A stretch of 64,000 nucleotides of DNA from Octopus vulgaris (GCA_951406725.2 OX597816.1:147932001-147996000); one strand, 5' to 3'. Positions 12,649 through 26,300 are shown, counted from the stretch's first letter. The notes: generated by a model not told the origin, from the sequence alone. Program-made: numbers and translations.

Positions 12649-12720
12649 TATATATTTTACGCAGAAGTTTTGTTATTTTTTCCATAATCTGGAAATTTGC
12701 ACGCTTCTCGGGTTTGATAT

Positions 12721-12906
12721 TACGAGCTGCTGCAGGAAAGTTTCTGACTTTAAAGGTATCGCGAAAAGTCTGGTTGGAAGCCCAAATTTCCAAATTCTTT
12801 TACAGGGCTTAGTTAAACTGAAGGACCGCTGCAATAAGTTTGTAAATCTAATAAACTGATCCTCCTGTATTTTTTTTTATCCAAAGCCAAGAACTTTTCA
12901 TCCTTG
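12721..12906 (+). mobile_element. Mariner-derived MITE, decayed
   Basis: Starts TACGAG and has imperfect TIRs (GGAAAGTTTCTGACTTT / AAAGCCAAGAACTTTTC). The interior FYRA*LN*RTAAISL region resembles a mariner C-terminus in shifted frames. Confidence 0.5.
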
Positions 12907-13024
12907 ACTCACTAAATGCCACGAAAAATCACAGTAAATTCTACAAGTCTAGAATTCGACGTATGATGAAGAAAATACGTCTCGTCCCATCATTTAGTGA
13001 AATTTATTGACATATTGCATTGGA

Positions 13025-13230
13025 AATCGGCGAGCTGAAAGAATCGTTAGCACGCTGTGTGAAATGCTTAGCAACATTTCGTCTGTCTTCACGTTCTGAG
13101 TTCAAATTCCGCCGAGGTCGAGTTTGCTTTTCATCCTTTCAAAGTTGATAAATTAAATACCAGTTGCGTACTGGGGTCGACTGGACCCGCTCCCCAACTT
13201 TAGGCCTTATGCCTATGGTAGAAAGGATAG
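13025..13230 (+). mobile_element. SINE family A
   Basis: GGCGAGCTGAAAGAATCGTTAGCACG...GTTCTGAGTTCAAATTCCGCCGAGGTCGA...TTCATCCTTTC. Confidence 0.85.
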
Positions 13231-13444
13231 TTAGGCATTGGCAAGTCTACCGTGTTACACACTATATGGTAAGTTTTATTTTCAAGAAATATTTAAACTT
13301 TTTCTTATAGGCATACATATAAGGCAGCTCATACTTTTATATTTAATCCCAATTAGTGAAAATTATTAAATTTATTAATATTTTACAACTCATTCAGTAA
13401 ATCTTGTTAACATTTAGCATCATTATTAACGAAACTAATTTAGA

Positions 13445-13640
13445 ACAGTGAGCTAGAAGAATCGTTAGCATGCCGGAAAATGTTTGGCGGCATTCCATCC
13501 TTTTTTTACATTCTGAGTCCAAATTCTGCCCAGGTTGACTTTGTTTTTCATCCTTTCTGGGTCAACAAATCAAGTACCCGCTGAGCACTGGAATTACTGA
13601 TTCACCCGAAATTCTTAGCCGTGTGCCAAAATTTGAAACC
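13445..13640 (+). mobile_element. SINE family A, more diverged
   Basis: GAGCTAGAAGAATCGTTAGCATGCCGG...TTCTGAGTCCAAATTCTGCC...TTTCATCCTTTCTGGGTC. Confidence 0.75.
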
Positions 13641-14199
13641 GATATTAGCGAAACCATTTGGTTAGATTGTACCAAGTCTATTTACAAAGTGAAGTAACAG
13701 GAAATATTTCATTTTTCTTTCAAACACAGTGTCATGTAAGTATGACTTTATATCTCATTTAATTATCTTTTTTCTTGGTTTCATTTCCTTTTAATAATTT
13801 CACAACAATCACTCTTCAACTGTACATCGTAAATCTTTTCAAGCAAAATTATCAAAAAAATAATAATAATAATGATAAAGTAGCCAAATGAGTCTAATTA
13901 GACAAATTTATTATCTTAATAATTAAACACTCTTCACTGTAAATCTCTCTGGACGAAAATGTAAGCAACAAATTTATTATCGTAAAAACTAAACACTCCA
14001 GCATTTATCGTAAACCTCTTCGAAAATTATAAACTTGTCAAATCTAATTAGATTAATATAATATCTTAAAAATAAATCAACTTTCATCCTAAATTGCTCT
14101 ACTTCCATTAACTCTCAAAAAATTCACTTAATCTGATTGTTACCAAAAAAAAGCTGACTTTATTAAAAGAAGAAATATTCAAGATGAAACGAAATTGGC

Positions 14200-15150
14200 C
14201 ATTTGAAGAAAGGCATGTGTTTTATAACCGTAGAAATGGTCTACTGAGGTGGCTTCAAACAACAGCCTGACTGCAGGAGCATGAGATAGCTCTGACTTCT
14301 ATAAATCAATGACATAAGTAGGAAAAAGAATGCATTCATTAATTCTTTTAATCCCTTGTGAAGCCATATATAAGTATATTAAATAATTTTATGTAGCATG
14401 AAGATGTAGAAAGCCAAGAACATGCACTATTCGCACAGACAGCCACCACAATTAAAATCCAGAATAGCCATCGCACCCCCCCACCAAATATGCCACAAAT
14501 GTTATTATTCAGATTCAGAGACCGAATCCAGTTCTATAATAGCAAAATTCCATATTTGAGCAATCTTTCTGCAAGCAAGCAATGAATGCACATCAGTTAC
14601 AAAAACTCATCTATGTACCGATATATCTGATGGAGAGATACACATACCAAAGTATACTGTGTCTTAGGCAAACAGAAAAGAAAGAGATCGTAGCAGATTT
14701 GCAATATACACCAGCAAAGATATTACGTCTATAATCTTATTGACACATTCAAACGCAGTTTGTGACATAATATGTACGATACACCGCCCACCATTTTATA
14801 CTCAAATCACAATGGAAATTTTGAGATAAGAAATTCTAACAGAGATGTAGCCAGTATTTCCCCTTTGTGAGAAATAGTCTGTGGGAAAGCTAAAAGCCTT
14901 TCTATCGGCTTCCAGGAAGTAACATAACGTGCAATAACTGTTTGCTGATCAACGTATCACTTCCGGGATTGCCAAATGCTTTCAACCGACTCATTAGAAA
15001 TGGATCAGATTCAGCAGTAAGGTCCACAGTTCCCAAAAAATGTCCAATATGCTTGTATCCTATAATCTTTCCCAACTCCTTAAAGCCAGGCCTCTTGCGA
15101 TTAGAAATATTACCAATGCCACAACACAGCTGAATATTTCAGTCCAATAT
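14200..15150 (-). mobile_element. hAT (Tip100/ZMYM-like, DUF4371-type) transposase fossil
   Basis: The minus strand reads VVALVIFLIARGLALR... then GHFLGTVDLTAESDPFLMSRLKAFGNPGS, matching hAT 'FLa.rgLafRG...GNFL..l.l.a..DPfL'. Many stops. The downstream boundary is uncertain. Confidence 0.7.
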
Positions 15151-15505
15151 TTCTGGGTTTTTTTTTCCATTTTCTAACTTTCTATTAACATACCTTACGT
15201 GAAATATTCTTTTCTACTCTAGGAGACGAAATGGAATGACGATGACGTAATGGAATAACGATGACAAAAAATATACACATATTAACTTATATAAGAGCAC
15301 GCATACAGGTATGTCTATACACATGCATAAATATAACATAAAACATAAATTCATGCATACTTAATACATACATACATACATACATACATACATACACATA
15401 CATACATACATACATACATACATACATACACACACACATACATACACACATACATACATACATACATACATACATACATACATACATACATACATACATA
15501 CATAC

Positions 15506-15604
15506 AAAAAAGCCCTGTTATTGATGTCTAAATTCTAATGAAGGAGCCTTGGATTTAGGTTAGAAACTGATTCTTTCTTTATTTCAAGAAATCTTGAATA
15601 ATGA
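15506..15604 (+). repeat. Short repeat embedded in (CATA)n, copy 1 (copy 2 at 15908-15983); probable retroelement 3' end
   Basis: Both copies share GGAGCCTTGGAT.TAGGTTAGAAAC.GA.TCTTTCT.TATT...CAAG..ATCTTGAA...AATGAC and then CATACATA. Confidence 0.7.
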
Positions 15605-15907
15605 CATACATATACGCACATGTATATGTATACATATACACACACTGCATACATATACACACACTGCACAACTACCAATTTTGAGTAATTAGGCTTCTCA
15701 AAACCAGAAAGGAGAAAGCTGATTCGAAGACTACAGATTCAAGCCATGAGTGGAACTGTAAAAATTTGTAAAAGTGTCCAGAAGCTGATCATTTATATAT
15801 ATATGAGCATGTCTATATATGCAACCATATGCCTGAGAAGGCATTCATAAAACAAAGCATTCATAAAACAAATCTGAACGTATAAATATATGAAATACCA
15901 AAATACC

Positions 15908-15983
15908 CTCAGGGAGCCTTGGATCTAGGTTAGAAACCGACTCTTTCTCTATTGGCAAGTGATCTTGAAATAAAACTGAATGA
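15908..15983 (+). repeat. Short repeat embedded in (CATA)n, copy 2
   Basis: Aligns to 15543-15604. Confidence 0.7.
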
Positions 15984-16129
15984 CATACATACACACACAC
16001 ATGCATCAATCCATCCACCCATCCATCCACCCATCCATTCATCCATCCATCCATCCATCCATCCATCCATACATACATACATCCATACATCCATCCATCC
16101 ATACATACATACATACATACATACACACG

Positions 16130-16800
16130 TTAGATACATTACATTCCACCAAATAGGATACACCTTCATTATCCAGAACATGGATATAGCTACTAAATAC
16201 CTGATGAGCAAGAACACAAAGATACTACCAGGCCTCTACGTCGTTGATAGAAAATGTTGGCTCTGCTATTCCGGTGTGGTGGAGGGTTTCACCCACATCA
16301 TCATTTGTCCCAAAAGAGATATTATCCGCCCCTGATGCATGATATACTTGTAAAGACTATTTACAATACTATCCACCGTATACATCAAATTCGTGTCAGA
16401 ACCACCATGTATTCATACCTTTAAAAACAATGAATACTGGTCGAAAACGCCAATAAAGAACAACAATTAGGAGCAAATATAACAGACCTGACATTCTTAT
16501 ATCGAACAGAGAACAAAAGTCATGCCAGGTGGAGATGTCAGGTATATTGCGAATGTGGACGTACAATCATATAGTCCGTAAAAATCAGAATATTTATGGT
16601 GAATCAATGCAGAACATAGTTTTGTTACTCTGAATATTATTTCTCATATGTATCTACCATCATAGGTGCATTAGGTTATGTACCAACAAATTTACACGAA
16701 AACCTAGAAATTTGTTTTCGGTGTTTTCTCCCCTCTTCCTAAAGGATTCCACATTACTAAATATACATATAAATGCGTCATCCAAAGCACATGAAACATA
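16130..16800 (+). mobile_element. RLE-type (R4/Dong-like) non-LTR retrotransposon C-terminal fossil
   Basis: DRKCWLC....EGFTHIIICPK (CCHC knuckle), YYPPLMHDILVKTIYNTI (RHD-like), NEYW, KYNRPDILISNREQKSC (PD motif). Confidence 0.75.
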
Positions 16801-17006
16801 TGTAATGGTGAATAAATAATGCTCCAAAGAGTCCCCCATCTCTTGTTCAGGTATGTGTGTGTGTGAGTGCATGTGTATGAATATGTGCATATACGTGTAT
16901 GAGATCTCCCTTTTAGTAGAAAGAATAGCTATAACTCTTTGACTGCTATTTCTAAATTCGGTGTGTGGTGAGGCAATTCGTTGCTAAACCCTTAATTGCT
17001 TAGTAT

Positions 17007-17054
<48 letters not shown>

Positions 17055-18200
17055 CACATATACATATGTACATATACAGACACACAGAAATACCGATACA
17101 CACACACACATATACGTGTGTGAGGGGTGTACAGAAATTATTTAAGTTACTTCCATGCAAGCGGCATTAATTTATACGCATTACAATGAATGAAATGAAA
17201 TATTTAATACGGTGCGAAGTAGATATCTAAGAGAAGTAGTCATTCACTGGTCCGAAAATTCAAAGATTGTAATCACTCGAAACAGTCTTTGGTAGTATAA
17301 AATTTTCTCAGTGTATAGTGGCAAGTGTTTCTATGGTCCACTTCCATTTATGTAAATATATAGAGCGGTGTAGAATATAGAGAAAAGTCATTATATAGTG
17401 TTGAAGATCTAATCGAGTGGACAGATGGAGGGAAATGATCGATCTACTACGTGAATAAGTAGACTAGAAATATACATTGTATTTTATTGGTTTTTGCATC
17501 AAATAATAATAAAATGCAATTCACAATTCTGTCCATATTTCTTAAATATTAAATTTTGGTCGTACAATAGGTGCATACTCACACAGAGGTGCAGTTACGC
17601 AGATATTGTAAAGTATAGGTATATTTTTCGATATACAAACATTCTTATACACAGACCTACATACGGAAACAAATATACATTGGTGTGTTATATACAAAAA
17701 TATACTTGAAATATTTTGTTCGTATGTCTACGGGCAGAAAGAAATACGCGGTCAAATTAAAAGAAAAAGTCAGCAAAAGAGAGATAAGGGGAGAGAGAGA
17801 GAAAATGAGAGAAAGAGAGAAACATGAACCAAAAGAAATGAGTGAATCTAATGACAAAAGGTGAACAGAAAGGAAAGAGTTACAATAAGGGAACTTAAGC
17901 TCTTGGTATATATGATGTAATCAATTTGAATTCAGGTGAATATTTGCAAATAACGTTCAACGTAGTTGCTTCAAAAATGGTCATTCATGCGTATAAATAG
18001 ATATATAGATGTAATAATACACGCAAAGCAATATGATTTACATAAATACACACGCTTATATACACACACACAAACACACTCACTTATATATATGTATGTA
18101 TGTATGTATATATGTATGTATGCATTTGGGATGTATATGTACAAATGTGCAAATGTGAGTGTGCATGTGTACATGTATATAGGTCTCTGTGTGATACATA

Positions 18201-18240
<40 letters not shown>

Positions 18241-18269
18241 AGTGTGTGAGTGTATTTACAGGTGTGCGT

Positions 18270-18880
18270 CTATTATACTCATTCAACCATAAAATCACCA
18301 TTCATTAAAACTCCGTCTGGTCCCACCTGTCATGAAATCCATTCATACACATTTTATTTTTGCCGCTTCATACACATTTTATTTTTGCCCTTAAAAGCTG
18401 AATCACTCATGCACAAATAAAAGAAATGCATGTTCAGTACAACGTATTTCAAGGTCCAAAAGTTATTTTGCCATTCACTCAACTTCGCAAAGCCCCATTC
18501 ATTAGAGGTTTAGCTAACGGACACAACCTTAATTGCTTCTTTATATAATTGCATTCAAAAACGTTCAGTTAAAATAGCAAACACACCCACATAGAAAATA
18601 GGAAAAAGTAAAGAAAAATGCATAATAAAATAAATCAATTATCCTACCATCAACTCACCGACGAACTGTAAAGAAATTAATAGCACGCCTCTCTATAATT
18701 ACAAGAAATAAAAATGCATGAAAAACATGGAAAAGGGCTAACCAATGAACAAACTCAATCACCAGATAGCACTCAGCAATGGGTATATACACACCATATT
18801 TAACGAATTTTAACAGTTTCTCCTGAAGATCGCAGTGACTTGAAACTCGAGCCCTGATACAGAAACCTGTTTCAGTTTTC
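18270..18880 (+). repeat. ~600-bp diverged repeat, copy 1 (inverted copy at 25665-26300)
   Basis: Colinear by-eye alignment, e.g. AACCATAAAATC.CCATTCATTA, TTAAAAGCTGAA, AAATGCATGTTCA, ATGAAAAACATG, ACTCAGCAATGGGTAT.TA.AC, CCTGAAG.TCG, TGTTTCAGTTTT. Confidence 0.85.
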
Positions 18881-19598
18881 ATAAGCTTTATATGGTGGGG
18901 GGCTGGGATATATATATATATAGATGGTGAGATAGACAAGCAGACAAAGACAGAAACGGAGATGCAGATTGAAAAAGCAAAAAATAAAAGAGGTGTTGTG
19001 CTGAACGAATACACGACTTATTCATGTAGTAACTTTGATCTACAAACTTTCTAATTTAGATTAAATATTTTAAAGTAAAAAATCTCCCAACATGAGACTC
19101 TGAATTGCGTAACTGGAATTAAAAAATAATTTTGGCATGTGGCGACATTTTAATAATATGAATCTACAGACATTTCTTCCTAGATTTCAGGCTTCGTTTA
19201 TTAATAACAATAGCTATGTTAAATCTGTTATAGACAGACGACAGGAACTGGCGCACCATGTAAAGTACTTAACTTATTTGGCATTTTAAATATTTTTTTA
19301 AATGTTATTCACTGTTGAGAATGAATGATTCTCTGACGCTGTAGAGAAGTATTTATGCCGTCGCTCAAATCCATAATTATTATCAGGAAAATCTTCCACG
19401 AGATCATTCTCAAAGCAGTGTAACATCATTATATATATAGAAAAGGTCACAGATATGTGCCGAAAGATTTCCGGACAATGGACAGGTATTACAATAATAA
19501 ATAAAATAACAGTAATAAACGAAAAAAAATATGTAGTGTGAGTGTTTATTAGGCAAAAAAAATAATAATATAATATTTTTTTTTTACCATCCCGAAGT

Positions 19599-19681
<83 letters not shown>

Positions 19682-19689
19682 TTATGGCA

Positions 19690-19855
19690 ACAGGTCTTGG
19701 TTTGTTTACATCCCCGTAACTTAGCGGTTCGGCAAAAGAGACCGATTGAATAAGTACCAGGCTTTCAAAGAATAGGTCCAGGGTTCGATTTCTTCGACTA
19801 AAAATGCAGTGCTCCAGCATGGCCACAATCAAAATGACTGAAATAAGTAAAGGAA
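19690..19855 (+). mobile_element. 3' half of SINE family B
   Basis: CCCCGTAACTTAGCGGTTCGGCAAAAGAGACCGAT...GTGCTCCAGCATGGCCACAATCAAAATGACTGAAA. Confidence 0.8.
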
Positions 19856-20946
19856 TATGTGTGTGTGTGTGCGTGTGTGTGTATAAATGTGTGTATGTGT
19901 GGGGGGTGGGCTCGACTATCAACTTTCATATGTATTGAATTCTTTTCGAATGCTATAACTTGTAACCACTACTGAGACAGCATGAGGTAATAATCTATGT
20001 ATCTTATTCTCAGTCGTGTGGTAATTGGCACTATGCTTTTCTTTCAGCATCTTTTATATAGCACTAGACTTCATTAAATGGTTCTGGCTAGATTACATTG
20101 AATAAAAGACTATACCCGAATATACATGTTACATATCTGATCTGTAAGTGAGGTTAATGAATCGTATAATTTTGTTAACATTCTCTAATATTCCTCAAAC
20201 TCTTTGAGCTTTCAATGTGATGTGAGACTTATGCAGAGCTGTTTAGAAACAGTTTTAATAGTTTGGAAAGTGATAGTTTCTAAGCTTCTGTGTCAATAGA
20301 ATTATGCTTTAGAGAAGACAAATATATTTCTAAAAAGAGAATGTCCTATCGACGGGTAGAAATATCCATACCTCCCTCGATAAATATTTATTCAACGGTG
20401 CTGCCATGTTTTAAATAACACAATCGCAGTTTCGTTGTCCTAAACTGGTGCAATAGATCTTGGTCATAGAGGGGATATTAGGAATCTTTAAAATACGTTC
20501 GCAGTGCACGAGCGTGATTTAATGTAAAAGGAATTATACGAGAGAAGGCCAGACGACTCAAGAAAGAGGAAACTATATGATTTAATGTACCCTCCAGGAT
20601 TGGTAATGTCGTTACCACAATTTTAACCCGTCTATTATATATTTCTGAATTGTATTATACAAATCAAAGTGTTACTAGATGCTGTATTTCAGTGGCCATT
20701 TTGAAAGCTTTAATTTATTGTCATAAGTTACATAAAGGTAGGAATATGATATACCTCAATATTGTAGATCTACTTTACTTATATCAGCGAGCTGACAAAA
20801 TTCAGAGCGCATCAGTATTTAAATCCTTAGCAAACGAAGCTTTCACAATTTTAATAATATTTCAGGCGCTAGATATTAAGCAATGGGGAAATTAGGCTCA
20901 TAAGTTGGTTAATGTAATTTTTCTAAATATAGTTTAGGAGGTTATA

Positions 20947-21253
20947 CGTTGTTTGTTCCTTGTTGAGCTATGCCTGGCTCATAAGGGCCGATTTTCCCGG
21001 TTTCTTTGGTGTATAGGTTCCCTACCTGGACGACCACCGGTCTGTCGCAGGTGAGCTGTAAGATGCAGGAGGAAAGAGTGAGAGAAAGTTGTGGCGAAAG
21101 AGTCAGCAGAAGTTCGCCATTACCTTCTGCTGGAGTCGCGTGGAGCTTAGGTGTTTCGCTCATAAACACACACATCGTCCGGTCTGAGATTCGAACCCGC
21201 AACCCATCGACAACGATCCGCTGCTCTAACCACTAGTCCATGTGCCTCCACAC
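20947..21253 (-). mobile_element. SINE family C (tRNA-derived head, Meta-like domain), full length, 11-bp TSD
   Basis: A-box TGGACTAGTGG and B-box GGTTCGAATCT. TSD AGGAGGTTATA at 20936-20946 and 21254-21264. Homologous to 50495-50797. Confidence 0.9.
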
Positions 21254-21885
21254 AGGAGGTTATATAGTAGCTTATGACTGGTAACTATAATGAAAGAGTC
21301 ACATATAACCTGGTTACATTGAGTGTAGGATGATGTCTATGTTAAAAGTAACATAGCTAAAGGCTTCTTGACACTGGTAGTTAAGCTCTTTTCCATCAAT
21401 CATCGTTAGAGGAAATTCTTTCAGAGACTCAGTGTATTATAAGTATTGTCGCATAAGAAAACGACGGTGAGAAAATCACATATATATATTACTTTGCTTA
21501 TCCTGGAAAACATATTTCAACACGCAGATGGTCCAGCGTTATTATTACACATGTTCGTGTATATGAAGTGCTGATATTTAAGAAATGAGATACATCTATT
21601 GGCTGGGACTCAAAAGTTTTGCGAAATAGAATATAACAATGTGTAGCAGTAAAGTACTTGTAAGAGAAAAAATGTTGTACGTATAGCAGTGTGATTAAGA
21701 ATTTCGCCTAAAACCCACATAGTAAAAACACTGGTCCCACTGCACAATTTCTTGTATCTTGTACATGTATCCTTTTATAGGCATGAGTTAAACAATGACT
21801 TGTGAGCGAATTTTGCTACAGAGAACAATTCGTTGCACAGTTGTATATACATATACACACACATATATATATATGTGTATGTATG

Positions 21886-21926
<41 letters not shown>

Positions 21927-21930
<4 letters not shown>

Positions 21931-22048
21931 TGAAGTATATTTCCCACTTAAATGTGGCTAACCCTTAAAGGTGCATGTTACTGTAGTTTGTAGCCCCAGG
22001 AAGACACCATCTCCAGCTGGCTACTGACACACTTTCTGTGCCCTATCA

Positions 22049-22098
<50 letters not shown>

Positions 22099-22351
22099 CC
22101 ATTGGGGAAAACTACATTTTGAAAACCAGTAATTGTCACATGCTGGTCATGGGTCAATACCCAGAAACTCGGGCTCGTGTGCATCATGTCAGGTTGGAGA
22201 TGGGAAGGATGGCTTCCCTTTGCAAATACTGAGAGTGCAGAGAAAGTGTGTCAATAACCAGCTGGAGGAGTTGTCTTCTTGGGGCTACAAGCTACAGTAG
22301 CATCCACCCTTCAGGATTAGCCACGTTTAAGTGTGAAATATACTTCACGAT
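21927..22351. repeat. Fold-back element: ~115-bp imperfect inverted repeats (21927-22041 / 22237-22351)
   Basis: ATCGTGAAGTATATTTCCCACTTAAATGTGGCTAA... pairs with ...TTAGCCACGTTTAAGTGTGAAATATACTTCACGAT. Confidence 0.9.
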
Positions 22352-22387
22352 GACGTGCAGCTACTGTTTATACCTCGCTCATAGATT

Positions 22388-22431
<44 letters not shown>

Positions 22432-23140
22432 CTGCATAGGCTTATGCATGCTTGTGTATATATTTCGACAATATATCTCATAGAAACTCAATGGCATGGC
22501 TTTAAAAGACAAGGGAAAGATGTTTTTTAAAGAACGCTCGTTCTGATATTTATTCGGCACCAGGTTACACAAAAATGTTTAACATACCCATCATGAAGGT
22601 AGTCAGTGTGTTAATAATTAAGGCATTGAAAATCAGTTACTAACGAGAGTATTTACCACTAATTGTTATAAAAAGTACGTTCCAGAGACTTTAAGTTATC
22701 TACTTATTCCAGTATGTATCGTCTTGCTTCAATTCTTTGAGGACATCATGTCCTTCCATCTGGCACCATATGTTAGTTAAGATTTTTCCAGAATATTGTT
22801 ATTTTTGTTGTGGGTGCTTATTACTGTTAATTCTGTTTTTCAAATGCTGTTCTAACTACTCGAAATTCCTTACTTGATTATCTCCGCAGCAAACATAGGC
22901 TCTAATTGTATACCCTAACTACTAAGGAATTCATATCTTGAGAATAATCAAGAATTATTGAGAATATTTGAATTGAAATTTTCACGTGACGATTATAATT
23001 ATGCTACATGAGTAGCTCAAAGAAATAAAAAATTATATGAAGCAGCATATTTTGAATACTTATGGTGGAGATTATAATTAGCTGAACGAATCACACATTA
23101 TTACACACGCATAATTTGAAAACTTTGATTGGTGTAAATA

Positions 23141-23224
<84 letters not shown>

Positions 23225-23402
23225 CATATATATATACATATATGTATATATATATGTATACATACATACACACACACACATATATATATACATACATACA
23301 TACATACATACATACATACACATACGTATAACTTCACACGAAATATCTAGTTATAGATAGCTAATTTGAAACATGTTTGTTTGAGTGTACGCACACATAT
23401 GT

Positions 23403-23465
<63 letters not shown>

Positions 23466-23579
23466 CATATATATGCACGTGTGTGTGTATACCTATATAT
23501 ATCTGTATGTATATATGTATAATATACATACAGATATATATGTGTGTGTATATATATATCTGTGTGTATATACTTTTTT

Positions 23580-23637
<58 letters not shown>

Positions 23638-24672
23638 ATATACATATATATTATGATGCTTCACTAGGAATTTCCCTGATAATGAATTTAGCCTGAAGCA
23701 ACGACATAATTACTTCTCTACTACGTCAGGGAATCATTCATTCTAAACAGTGAACAAAACGTTTAAAAAAAGTATTAAAAATGCCGAATAAGTTAAATAT
23801 TTTTCATGGTAAGCCATTTTCTGTTATCTGTCTATGAAAGAATTAATCTAGTTATTGTTATTAATATGACGCAGATTGAAATCTTGGAAGAAATGTCTAT
23901 AGATCCATATTTTTAACATTTCGTTATATAATATAATTATTTTCGCATTCCGGTTACTCAATTTAGATTTAATTAAGGTGGAAGCTCTAAAATACATAAA
24001 TATCGATTTTCAGGCGTATTACATCCCTGATCAGATCGTCTTTCGCTTGCGTTTGTCATAGACGGTTGATCGTAGCCTCTAGTTTTGAGTAAAGGAAATT
24101 AATCTACTATTACACCATATGTAGAATTTTTCAAAATTTGCTGAAGTTTAAATAATATAAAACTATATAGTTAGCAATATCGGCTTTTATTATTTTTGTG
24201 TTAAAGTTTACTGTCAGAAGATTCTGGACTAAGTAAATAAACTAAATTAGAAGGTTTGTAGCACATAGGTTATACACTAAAGAAGTTGTGTGCTTTGAAA
24301 AGCACAATACTTAACCTTCACTTTCTGTTTTTAATGCGTTTTCCTCTCTCGCTCTCTGTTTCTGTCTGCTTGTGAGTCTGTTCATTCCCCACATACATTA
24401 TATCTCTATTATAATTCTGCTAGTTTATTTCGTTCACACGTTACGTTTTAGCTTGTTCGAAAAAATTGGAGTGCGTATGAGAAGGAGGGGGAGATTGTAA
24501 GAGAGAAAATGCGTGAGAGTGAGAGAGAAGGAGGTGGAATGAATAACATGGCCACAGTCACTAACTACGTTGTTAGTGGTTAGTGAAAGTGAGAGAAGAG
24601 AAAGAGAAGCTTGACGAATTAAAGAGGCGTATTTACATTGTTAAAACGTTTGTTGAAGAGGTAGAAATGAGA

Positions 24673-24709
<37 letters not shown>

Positions 24710-25021
24710 AAAAGAGGAGACCGAGAGAAGAGAGCGAGAAGGGAGAAGCTATCTTCTCCCTTCAGAAAGAAAGAAAGAACGAAAGAAAGAAAGAAAGAAA
24801 GAAGAAGAAAGGAAGAAAGGAAGAAAGGAAGAAAGATAGAAAGAAAATATATAAAGTGTTTAGCAAAGGGTAATCTTAAAACCATATGATATATCATTGT
24901 GACTGGAAGTGAAATAATTTAGCAAATAACCCGTGGATGTAATCATTTTTTCTTAAATTTCAATGGAATTGAAACTAACCATGTAAATAAACACATTGTG
25001 TATATTCTCTATATATTTGTT

Positions 25022-25392
25022 CAATACTCTTTACTCTCTTTTACTCTTTTACTTGTTTCAGTCATTTGACTGTGGCCATGCTGGAGCACCGCCTTTAGTC
25101 GAGCAAATCAAACTCAGGACTTATTCTTTTTAAGCCTAGTACTTATTCTATCGATTAACAGCATCGGTTGTCAAGCGATGTTGGGGGGGACAGACACAGA
25201 CACACAAACATATACACATACATATATATACGACGGGCTTCTTTCAGTTTCCGCCTACCAATCCACTCACAAGGCTTTGGTCGGCCCGAGGCTATAGTAG
25301 AAGATACTTGCCCAAGTGCTAGGCAGTGGGACTGAACCCAGACCCATGTGGTTGGTAAGCAAGCTACTTACCCCACAGCCACTCCTACGCCT
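25022..25392 (-). mobile_element. SINE family B (tRNA head, CORE-like block, internal microsatellite, LINE-type tail)
   Basis: Head GGCGTAGGAGTGGCTGTG, GGTTCAGTCCC, CTTGGGCAAGT, GTGAGTGGATTGGTAGGCGGAAACTGAAAGAAGCCCGTCG. Tail GGTGCTCCAGCATGGCCACAGTCAAATGACTGAAACAAG(TAAAAGAG)n. Confidence 0.9.
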
Positions 25393-25664
25393 TGTGTACA
25401 GTGTAAAGTAATTATGATAAAATATTGCGTAATAATGAATATGCACTTATATACTGATCTTGCAGTTTCAATAGACTTAAATACTAATGAATAACATCTG
25501 TATTAATCTTTGTATAGATTATTATTGCATATTTTTCTATCATTTATTGCACGGGCAACAGTATGATTTATATGCAACATAAATGCAAATCATCCTTCTT
25601 TCTTAAATAGCTTCTCTTAATTTTTTTCGTTCTGTGAGATTTCCACTGGTCCTGTTAGTAATTT

Positions 25665-26300
25665 TCAATCAAAACTGAAACAAATCAGTTTGCGTGACTC
25701 CAGTTTTCTAAGTACCACGAACTTCAGGCAAAACAGTTACAACTCGTGAATGATAGCGTATACATACCCATTGCTGAGTATCGTCTAGTGATTGTGTTTG
25801 TTCATTGCTTAGTTTTTTCTTCATGTTTTTCATTGGATGTCGTGTCACTTCTGTAATAGTGTGTTTGTATTTCTAGTAACTTTATGTAGGGGTTTTATTA
25901 ATTCCTTTATGGTTTCCTCGGGGATTAGTGGCAGCAGATTTCATTCATATTTATTTTCCTCTTTTTTAAGATTGTATGTTTGTATAAGTTTTTTTATCGA
26001 ATACTTTGGAACGCGTTCATTAATAAAAGAAATTAGGGTTATGTCCTTAAGCTATATCTCTAATTAATCATGATTTACATGGCTGAGTAAACGGCCAAAT
26101 GAGTGTTTGGATTCTGGAATATGCTGTAATGAACATGCATTTTTTATTTGTGTTTATACAATGTGCGCATGTGTGTGAGTTCAGCTTTTAAGTGCAAAAA
26201 TGAAATGTGTAGGAGGTGGTAATGGCAATGACTTTGATGACGGGTGAGGCCAGATAGAATTATAATGAATGGCGATTTTATGGTTCAATGAGTGTATAGC
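25665..26300 (-). repeat. ~600-bp diverged repeat, copy 2 (inverted relative to 18270-18880)
   Basis: The reverse complement aligns colinearly with 18270-18880. Confidence 0.85.

Noticed and set aside
23671-23735. TTCCCTGA/TCAGGGAA inverted repeat with CTGA motifs as a possible hammerhead
   Set aside because: There is no properly placed CTGANGA plus GAAA on either strand, and only 8 bp pair.
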